From Candidatus Hydrogenedentota bacterium (GTDB taxonomy: Bacteria > Hydrogenedentota > Hydrogenedentia > Hydrogenedentales > SLHB01), in the NCBI GenBank assembly GCA_045863335.1, contig BTVY01000033.1:14243-78242 (forward strand): a DNA stretch of 64,000 nt, given 5' to 3'. This document shows positions 57,031 to 64,000 of this stretch, in pieces; position 1 is the first letter of the stretch, and each line of letters begins with the position of its first letter. Below the pieces are notes generated by a model that worked only from the letters and a program-made list of their open reading frames with translations, was not told the DNA's origin and ran no database searches. Both the position numbers and the translations under genes were made by a program.

Positions 57031-57840
57031 TCACGAAAAGAATGGGTCGTATTCCTCTGCCGCTTCCGGGTCCGGCGTGTTGTCCTCGAACCACGCGTCG
57101 AAGGCCTCCGGTTCGAGCACGTTGAGGAACCCCCGCATGCGATAGTGGCCGAGGCCGCAAAGCTGCGCGCAGGCAATTTCGAAGGTCCGGTCATCGCTGC
57201 CTTTGAGCTTCCGGTAGGATTCAGTCGACAGTGCAGGCACGAAGGAAATGTGTGTGCGCACGCCGGGAATCACGTCCTGCTTCACGCGCATTTCGGGGAC
57301 GTTGAAACTGTGGATCACGTCCTGCGAACTCAGCCACAGCACGACCGGTTTCTTCAGCGGAACGTACAACTGGTTCCGCACGACGATGTCATCCGCGCCG
57401 TATGGATCGTCACGGTCGAGACCGACGGGGTTCAGCTCGTCATCGATAAAGGATTGATCCGTCCGGCCGAAGACGCCGTCTTTTCCTGCGTAATGAAAAT
57501 TCCATGCGTATTGTTGCGCCACGACGCGGACTTGCAGCGCCTCGCTTTCGTCGGGCACCGCCACCACGTAGCGCGACCAGAACGGCACAGACAAGGCCAC
57601 GAGCAACAGCACTTCAATGACGATGACGCCCGCTTCGATGTAGTAGGTTGCCTTACTGCGGGCGCCGTCGTGGCTCGCCTGGGGATTGCGGGACTTCCGA
57701 AAGCGAAAGAGTACGTAGATTCCGTAAATGAACCACCCCACAAAGATCGCCGCCATGAAGAGGTGCGTGAGGAGCAGCAGCCGGTCTATCTGTGCGCCGT
57801 GCTCCGAACCCAGAACGGGAAGACCCCACCAACCGCTCAT
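57031..57840 (-). CDS. coxB: Heme-copper oxidase subunit II (CuA)
   Basis: Two TM helices, QQYAWNFHY, DVIHSF, CAQLCGLGHYRM. Confidence 0.92.
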   Translation of the reverse strand: MSGWWGLPVLGSEHGAQIDRLLLLTHLFMAAIFVGWFIYGIYVLFRFRKSRNPQASHDGARSKATYYIEAGVIVIEVLLLVALSVPFWSRYVVAVPDESEALQVRVVAQQYAWNFHYAGKDGVFGRTDQSFIDDELNPVGLDRDDPYGADDIVVRNQLYVPLKKPVVLWLSSQDVIHSFNVPEMRVKQDVIPGVRTHISFVPALSTESYRKLKGSDDRTFEIACAQLCGLGHYRMRGFLNVLEPEAFDAWFEDNTPDPEAAEEYDPFFS

Positions 57841-58085
57841 GACAACTCGGCCTCGTCAACGTTCGGCGATGCTTCTTGCGTTGATTGGCGCATCCGCAAC
57901 AGGATCCCTACGGTCACGGCGCCCATGGAACCCACGACGATGCCCGTCACGCCAAGCAGCGTTACGATACCCATGTTCATGCCTTGCGTCTGCGCGGAAT
58001 CCGCATCTCCGAAACAGGTGGCGCAGGCCCACGCTGCACCGGAAAGCAGGCACGCCGCAATCGCTGCGAGATACTTCATAGCCAT
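57837..58085 (-). CDS. Small membrane protein with CxxC (CATCFG) after signal peptide
   Basis: AAWA-CATCFG then one TM helix; overlaps both neighbours in the cox operon. Confidence 0.7.
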   Translation of the reverse strand: MAMKYLAAIAACLLSGAAWACATCFGDADSAQTQGMNMGIVTLLGVTGIVVGSMGAVTVGILLRMRQSTQEASPNVDEAELS

Positions 58086-58279
58086 TTCGTGTCCTTTGTG
58101 CGACCGAGAAACAGCCGGGCTTGCGCGACCGCGCCGACCAACGTCACCACGCATCCAACGCCAACAACGAGAAAGCGCGCGCCCAGCGCCTTGGCAAGGC
58201 CCAGTGCCCAGACGCCTGCGACGACGCAGAACAGGATCGCCAATCCGAGCAGGACTGTATGTGCGGTCTTCAGTGACAT
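58076..58279 (-). CDS. Small two-TM protein in cox operon
   Basis: MSLKTAH then two hydrophobic helices; tight operon spacing. Confidence 0.6.
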   Translation of the reverse strand: MSLKTAHTVLLGLAILFCVVAGVWALGLAKALGARFLVVGVGCVVTLVGAVAQARLFLGRTKDTKWL

Positions 58280-58296
58280 GGAATCACCCGCCTTCG

Positions 58297-58881
58297 CTAC
58301 ACCAGGTACAACAAAACAAACGTCACAATCGACATGACGCCGATGAACTGCCAATAGAGCCCGAGACATTCGACGCGGTTGATATACTGCTGCCGGTCCC
58401 GGCGAAGCAGCCCTTTGCCGAGCGTGACGAGATACAACGTCACGACCTGTCCGCCGATGACATGAAACCGCAAGAGGCCCGTGAGCAGATAATACATGCC
58501 ATGAAAGGTGCTCGTTGCCGCCTTCGCGCCGCCGTCCACCACGATGCGATGTTCGACCGCGATCAGGATCACCGACAACACGCCCAAGCCGAATGCAATC
58601 CAGAGCCACAGGGTCGCGCGATCGGTGCCGGCATGGAGCCACGCGTTGGCTGCCGCCATGGCCAGCAAGATAACGCACAGCACGTTCGCCACGCCAAGAC
58701 TTGCCGGCAACGTTTCCGCGCCCGCTGGCCAATCTTCCGCGGCAGTACGCAGAAACACATAGCTCGAGAATAGCGCCCCGAAGAACATGGCCTCCGCGGC
58801 GAGAAAGAGCCACGTGCCGACCTTGCCGTTGTAGAGTCCCGTATCGGGCCGGGGGGCGCTGGTATAGGGCACCGCGCTCAT
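58297..58881 (-). CDS. coxC: Heme-copper oxidase subunit III (short form)
   Basis: GTWLFLAAEAMFFGALF, FHVIGG, GLYWQF. Confidence 0.88.
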   Translation of the reverse strand: MSAVPYTSAPRPDTGLYNGKVGTWLFLAAEAMFFGALFSSYVFLRTAAEDWPAGAETLPASLGVANVLCVILLAMAAANAWLHAGTDRATLWLWIAFGLGVLSVILIAVEHRIVVDGGAKAATSTFHGMYYLLTGLLRFHVIGGQVVTLYLVTLGKGLLRRDRQQYINRVECLGLYWQFIGVMSIVTFVLLYLV

Positions 58882-60626
58882 GTTTCCTCCGGCTGCCATT
58901 GCGGCGTGAAATCCTGCGTCTGACCCGGCACGCTGTATTCGTTCGGACCGCGGTACGCCTTCACGGGGCGCTCAAAATTCCCCGCGAACCGCGGCGGCGA
59001 CGAGGCCTCCCATTCGAGCGTGGTAGCGTCCCACGGATTCTCGGCAACCTTCCGGCCCCACTTCAGGCTGTAGAAGAAATTGATGACGAACGGAATCTGC
59101 ACGATGGCCAGCGCGAAGGCCGAATGGGTCGCGGCCTTGTTCAGGAAAAACACTTCCTGGCCGAATCCGTAGGTTGCCCCGCCGTCGTACAAGCGCCGCG
59201 ATACACCGCCCAGCCCCTGGATGAGCATGGGGATGAAGATGGCGTTCATGAACAAGAGCGAAGGCCAGAAGTGTAGCTTCCCGAGGAAGTCGTTCATCCG
59301 GCGCCCCGTGACCTTGGGGAACCAGTAATAGACGCCTGCGAAGATGGCGAACAAGGTCCCCGGCGCTACGACGTAGTGGAAGTGGCCGATGACGTAGTAG
59401 GTGTCGTGCAACGCGATGTTCGTCGCCGACAACGCCAGCGGCAATCCCGTCAACCCGCCGATACCGAACATGGGCAGGAAGGCCAGCGCGAACAGCATGG
59501 GCACGGTAAATCGAATCGAGCCGCCCCACAACGAAACCAGCAGCGACGTCGCGAGGATGATGGACGGAATCGAGATGATGAGCGTCGTCGCCTGGAAAAA
59601 GGTGCTGATCGCGGTGCCCATGCCCGTCAGGAACATGTGGTGCGCCCACACCAGCATGGACATGAAGCCCATGAAGATGGCTGCGCCGACCATCCCCTTG
59701 TATCCCCACAAGGGCTTGCGCGTGTTGTTCGCGATGATCTCCGCGATGATCCCGAAGGCCGGCAAGATCAACACGTACACTTCCGGGTGCGCTAGAAACC
59801 AGAACAGGTGCTGCCACAACAGCGCGCTGCCCCCGCCGCTGACGTCCAGCGCCTTCCCCGAGATCACGAGACCCGTCGGCAGGAAGAAACTCGTCCCCTC
59901 GAGCCGGTCCATGAGTTGCAGCACCGCCGCAGCCGCCAGGGGCGGAAACGCGAGCAAGAGAAGATAGGCCGTCACCAACTGGCTCCATACGAAGAAGGGC
60001 AATCGCATGAGCGTGAGCCCCTCGGTGCGGAGCTGGACGACGGTCGTGATGATGTTGATGGCCAGGAAGAGCGACGACAAGTAGACCAGCGCGATGCCAA
60101 TGAGCCAGTAGGTTTGTCCTGCCAACTCGATCGTGGCAAGGGGAGGATAACCCGTCCATCCCGAATTGGCAGGTCCGAGTTCCGTGAGGAAGCTCGCCCC
60201 GATCACGACGATGCCGCCGAGGTAGCACAGATACCCCGCGCGGCTCAGCCGGGGAAAGGCCAGGTTCGGCGCGCCCACCATGAGCGGGACGAGATAGGTG
60301 CCGAACGCGCCGACCAGCAACGGCACGACGGCCAGAAACACCATGAAGGTGCCATGCATGGCGCCGAGTTGATTGTAGAAATTGGGGAGCATGATGCCGC
60401 CCGGCATGCGCGTGTCATCATCGCCGAACAGGCTGCTCATCAAAGGGATCGGTTGGCCCGGATAGGCCAGTTGCCAGCGCATCAGCAGGACGAAGCAGAA
60501 CGCCACGAACAACATGACCAGCGCGGTGAGTCCGTACTGGATGCCGATGATCTTATGGTCGCACGAGATGACTCGCCGCAACCACCCCGGAGCGCGGCGC
60601 GCCGGTTCGCTGTGGTGTTCCGTCAT
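58878..60626 (-). CDS. coxA: Heme-copper oxidase subunit I (A-family-like, atypical proton channels)
   Basis: DHKIIG, MHG, HPEVY, WAHHMF, HDTYYVIGHFHY, RR. Confidence 0.95.
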   Translation of the reverse strand: MTEHHSEPARRAPGWLRRVISCDHKIIGIQYGLTALVMLFVAFCFVLLMRWQLAYPGQPIPLMSSLFGDDDTRMPGGIMLPNFYNQLGAMHGTFMVFLAVVPLLVGAFGTYLVPLMVGAPNLAFPRLSRAGYLCYLGGIVVIGASFLTELGPANSGWTGYPPLATIELAGQTYWLIGIALVYLSSLFLAINIITTVVQLRTEGLTLMRLPFFVWSQLVTAYLLLLAFPPLAAAAVLQLMDRLEGTSFFLPTGLVISGKALDVSGGGSALLWQHLFWFLAHPEVYVLILPAFGIIAEIIANNTRKPLWGYKGMVGAAIFMGFMSMLVWAHHMFLTGMGTAISTFFQATTLIISIPSIILATSLLVSLWGGSIRFTVPMLFALAFLPMFGIGGLTGLPLALSATNIALHDTYYVIGHFHYVVAPGTLFAIFAGVYYWFPKVTGRRMNDFLGKLHFWPSLLFMNAIFIPMLIQGLGGVSRRLYDGGATYGFGQEVFFLNKAATHSAFALAIVQIPFVINFFYSLKWGRKVAENPWDATTLEWEASSPPRFAGNFERPVKAYRGPNEYSVPGQTQDFTPQWQPEET

Positions 60627-60761
60627 TGAAAGCCCCTGAGCCAAGACCTGCCAAGCAGAAGGGGAAAGTCGCCAGGAAAGGGCGGATTGTAAACCGAAAG
60701 TTAGGGCGCGAGTCAACTTCCCAAGACTAGCGCACCCAAACACTGGTTCTAGAAGGAATGC

Positions 60762-60792
60762 AAAAGTAGACGCGGCTCGAAGCCGCGTCTAC
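60762..60792 (-). terminator. Intrinsic terminator-like hairpin between the cupredoxin-like gene and coxA
   Basis: 12-bp stem GTAGACGCGGCT / AGCCGCGTCTAC followed by TTTT on the minus strand, 9 nt after the stop. Confidence 0.7.
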
Positions 60793-60800
60793 CGAAGAAT

Positions 60801-61520
60801 CTAGCGGCTGGGCCGTTCGAAGGCGAAGTCCTGCTCAACCGGCGTCTCGTCCGCGATCGTGACGGTCGCGGTCTGGGCCGGGAGCCGTTCGTGCCAGGCC
60901 GTGATCTCGTATTCGCCCGGTTCGAGCCCCTCGATGGTGTAGACGCCGTCCGCTTCGGTTACGTCGTAGAACGGATGGTCCAGCACGGCGCAGAAGGAAT
61001 GCATCCACCGGTGGATGTCGCACTTGATCTCAAAGGGATCCTCCGCTTTCGGAAGAGTTACTTCGATCTCTTTCAGCGTCGCGGGCATGGCCTTGTTGAA
61101 CGGCGTGTTCTCTTCCGGCATGCCGTGGACGTTATGGAGAATTCCGTCGGGATTCAGGATCTTCAGCGTCTGCTTCGGGTGAAGCACAAACACCCGCGGC
61201 TTGTACTGGCAACCTTCCTGCGTGAGGATGGCCGGTTCGCTCGGCGCCGGGTATTCCTTGTCCGGAAGCCCCTTGGTCACCCGCACGAGGATGTTCCCCA
61301 TCGTCTGGCCGTCGCCCAATACCAGCACCTCATTCACGGGCGGATTGTCGCCGTGCATGGCCGCGCAGGCCGGGTCCGCCGACATGTCCACCGGCGGCAG
61401 CTTGGGGACTTCCCCCGTATACGTAATCGTGCCGGTGACGCTCCCCGCGACCGCGGAAACGGAAATCAGGACAGCCGCCAACGCGGCAACGCCCGCAACT
61501 CGAACTATGCGTGCATTCAT
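60801..61520 (-). CDS. Exported cupredoxin-like / carboxypeptidase-regulatory-like domain protein
   Basis: Signal peptide, QEGCQYKP, HNVH, CDIHRWM, PGEYEITAWHE. Confidence 0.75.
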   Translation of the reverse strand: MNARIVRVAGVAALAAVLISVSAVAGSVTGTITYTGEVPKLPPVDMSADPACAAMHGDNPPVNEVLVLGDGQTMGNILVRVTKGLPDKEYPAPSEPAILTQEGCQYKPRVFVLHPKQTLKILNPDGILHNVHGMPEENTPFNKAMPATLKEIEVTLPKAEDPFEIKCDIHRWMHSFCAVLDHPFYDVTEADGVYTIEGLEPGEYEITAWHERLPAQTATVTIADETPVEQDFAFERPSR

Positions 61521-61736
61521 GGTGATAGATACTCCTTCACATGAACCGATGGAATGTTAATCTGCGCCTTGCAGTGCGCACAGCGTGAAACCCTAACAAA
61601 ACCCATCAGCGGGTTCAAACGCTGCAGATACCGACGAGGCAGTCGATATTCCTATTCACGGCCCGCTTTTGTTGGCCCCGCCCCCGTTCATCCAGTATAG
61701 TCCCCAAAGAAATGTTGAATCCGGGAGTACTGTCCA

Positions 61737-63833
61737 ATGTACCGAGTCTCTGCTGTCCCTGCTGTCGCTGTGGTCCTTCTTTGCTCGTTGTTGAGTCAAT
61801 TCGCCGTTGCCGGAGAAGAACCCAAGGCCGTCGATCCTGAAGCGCAACGCTGGCTCGTATATCCCGACGGCATGCCCGAGGAGGCAAGCGCGCTTCGCTT
61901 CACCATCGACGCGTGCAGCGAAGCCCTCGCCAAACGCAAGGACCCTGCGTCCAAAGAAGAATGGGAAAGCCGTGCGCCCGGAATTCGCAGCGCCTTGGCA
62001 CGAGGCCTTGGTCTCGACCCCATGCCCGATCGGACGCCCCTGAACGCCCACATTACGGGCACCGCGGACCGCGAACTCTACACCATCGAGAACGTGGTCT
62101 TTGAAAGCCGCCCCAATTTCTACGTCAGCGCGAACGTCTACATCCCTAAGAACATCACCCTACCCGCCCCGGCCATCGTCGTCGTCGCGGGACACGATAT
62201 GGATAACGGCAAGAATTGTCCAACCTACCAGATGGCGCACCTGGGCCTCATCCGTCAGGGATTCATCGTGATGGCCCACGATCCCATCGGCCAGGGCGAA
62301 CGGAAACTTCCGGGTTTCGGTCATGAACTCGGCTACGGCTCACTGCTGGTGGGGCGAACGAATGAAGGGTACATCGTGTGGGATACGATCCGGGCCATCG
62401 ACTACCTCGTAAACCGCAAAGATGTGGACGCGGATCGTATCGGACTCAGCGGTAATTCCGGCGGGGGCGAGAATGTGTTTTACACGATGCCCTTCGATGA
62501 CCGCATCCAAGTTGGCGGGTCGTTCTGCTTCGTCTGCACCTATGAACACTGGCTGCGCTACGGCGGCAACCACTGCATCTGCAACCATCTCCCCGGCATC
62601 GTTCACGAGATGGAGGAGTTCGAGATCATCGGCCTCAACGCGCCGCGTCCCTTCATGTTCGGCAACGGGACGGAAGATAAAATCTTTCCCATCGCCGGTG
62701 TCCGCGAGACCTACCAGCGCGCGCAGAACGTCTATGAGTTGGTGTCGTCAAAGGACCACGTCCGCAGCGTGGAAGCGCCGGAACCTCATGGCTGGTCGCA
62801 GCCCTTGCGCGAGGCTTGCTATGGATGGATGAACCTGTGGCTTCGTGGCGAAGGCGATGGCTCACCCGTGCCCGAGCCGGAATACGAGAGTGAAGAACCC
62901 ACCCTGCCCGACCTGAACTGTTACGACGGCGCCGCCATGCCGGAAGGTCACGAGACCGTCGTCACGCTGAACCGCGCGGAGGCCGACCGCCAACGCACCG
63001 CGTACGCCACGCCCCCGGACAGCGCTGCAGTCTGGAACGAGCGCGCCCCTGCGTGGCGCGAAGAAGTTTGGGAGGTCCTCGGCGGACGGCCCGATCCCTT
63101 TGTCCCCACGGCCCGCGTCGTGAATCAGTTTGAATCGGACGGCCTACACGTCGAAGTGCTTGCCATCACAACCGAACCCGGCATGGAAATGGGCGCGGTA
63201 TTCGCGCGAAAGGCGGATGCCACCGGCGCGATACCGGCCTCGGTGTTCATCGGCGGTCACGATGACAAACGCGCCGCGGTCCTGGATGGCTATGCCACCG
63301 GCGTAGTGAACGGCGGGGCTGCCGTCCTGGTCCTCGATCCCCGCGCCACGGGAGAAGCCTTCTGGCACGAAAACCACATCACCAGCACCGCAATTTGTCT
63401 GGGACGTCCTTTGTTCGCCCAGCAGGTCTGGGACGTGCTGCAAGCGGGACGCTACCTCGGGACACGCGAGGACGTGACGGCTGACACGGTGACCTGTCAT
63501 GGAGTCGATACTGGTGGTCTTATGGCGATTTACGCCGCCGCGTTGGACGATGTGTTCGCGGGGATTCACGTCGAGGACGTGCTCACCAGTTACCGGTTCT
63601 TCCTGGAAGATGCGCAGCCGCAATCCATCACACTCTGCGTCCCGAACGTGCTGAAGACAATCGACATTCCCCAACTCGTTGCGCTCGCCGCGCCGACGCC
63701 CATCAATATCGTATCCGCGGTCGGATACGAAGCGGCGCCCTTGGACGCGGCAGCGTTGCGGGACGAGTTCGCTTTCGCGTCGCAAGTCTTCCACTTAGAG
63801 GGCGCTCAAGACGCGATGCGTATCGGACTTTGA
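61737..63833 (+). CDS. Exported alpha/beta hydrolase, acetylxylan esterase-like
   Basis: Signal peptide, FESRP, AGH, DPIGQGER, GNSGGG, APRP. Confidence 0.8.
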   Translation: MYRVSAVPAVAVVLLCSLLSQFAVAGEEPKAVDPEAQRWLVYPDGMPEEASALRFTIDACSEALAKRKDPASKEEWESRAPGIRSALARGLGLDPMPDRTPLNAHITGTADRELYTIENVVFESRPNFYVSANVYIPKNITLPAPAIVVVAGHDMDNGKNCPTYQMAHLGLIRQGFIVMAHDPIGQGERKLPGFGHELGYGSLLVGRTNEGYIVWDTIRAIDYLVNRKDVDADRIGLSGNSGGGENVFYTMPFDDRIQVGGSFCFVCTYEHWLRYGGNHCICNHLPGIVHEMEEFEIIGLNAPRPFMFGNGTEDKIFPIAGVRETYQRAQNVYELVSSKDHVRSVEAPEPHGWSQPLREACYGWMNLWLRGEGDGSPVPEPEYESEEPTLPDLNCYDGAAMPEGHETVVTLNRAEADRQRTAYATPPDSAAVWNERAPAWREEVWEVLGGRPDPFVPTARVVNQFESDGLHVEVLAITTEPGMEMGAVFARKADATGAIPASVFIGGHDDKRAAVLDGYATGVVNGGAAVLVLDPRATGEAFWHENHITSTAICLGRPLFAQQVWDVLQAGRYLGTREDVTADTVTCHGVDTGGLMAIYAAALDDVFAGIHVEDVLTSYRFFLEDAQPQSITLCVPNVLKTIDIPQLVALAAPTPINIVSAVGYEAAPLDAAALRDEFAFASQVFHLEGAQDAMRIGL

Positions 63834-63877
63834 TTTGCAGCCTATCTGAGTTGCCTGCGTATCAAATCTATAGAACA

Positions 63878-63911
63878 AAGATGGGTCCCCGCGCAGGCGG
63901 GGACCCATCTT
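63878..63911 (+). terminator. Hairpin downstream of hydrolase gene
   Basis: 15-bp stem AAGATGGGTCCCCGC / GCGGGGACCCATCTT with GCAG loop. Confidence 0.65.
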
Positions 63912-64000
63912 GATTACTGGCCAATCGCCGCTTCCGCTCACCCTGCCTGTCAAAACTTGCTGATAATGTCCTCTTTTGAACTCATTAGAAATGTCCTCTT

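Noticed and set aside
56642-57160. ORFs with IGIGIA / SVSVSV / DTDTDS runs
   Set aside because: Same artefact from the second array; they overlap real genes.
57145-58773. 542-aa plus-strand ORF, and similar long antisense ORFs (792-2165, 16895-18115, 45903-47249)
   Set aside because: Shadow frames of recognisable genes, expected at high GC; no motifs.
60766-60792. GTAG-starting palindrome as a REP
   Set aside because: GTAG is part of the stem, and the U-tract and position after a stop fit a terminator better.

Overview
GC-rich bacterial chromosomal window with no rRNA, tRNA, CRISPR array or transposase seen. A peptidoglycan/division (dcw) cluster together with Planctomycete-type DUF1549/DUF1553 and DUF1501 genes suggests a Hydrogenedentota-like organism (inference only). 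In order: pcrA/uvrD (5'-truncated), pheA, two cyclophilins, a Gfo/Idh/MocA oxidoreductase and a GNAT; a minus-strand acyl-CoA cluster (dehydrogenase, carboxyltransferase, split AtuA, hydratase); ftsK-rodZ-pgsA-alr-NYN; a CPBP protease and an ankyrin/DUF4253-like protein; mraZ-STAS-rsmH-ftsL-ftsI-murE-murF-mraY-murD-ftsW-murG; two HD-GYP genes; deoC; an Nramp-like transporter; an Ntn acylase; a frameshifted propeller/PAS sensor; hydrolases; a cytochrome c PSD1 + DUF1501 pair; GS-like, MNT, HEPN and SDR genes; and an atypical heme-copper oxidase operon. Most notable: (1) two asymmetric hairpin elements (ATCGNN)n-loop-(NNCGAT)6; (2) an unusual head to the dcw cluster, with paired NrdR-like boxes (also upstream of ftsK), a STAS gene lacking the phospho-Ser, and rsmH apparently starting at ATA; (3) a cox subunit I with both proton channels degenerate; (4) a HEPN gene reading in frame into an SDR; (5) an 8-bp duplication splitting a sensor gene; (6) a ~130-aa insertion in MraY. 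All calls come from motif recognition by eye; no database searches were run.
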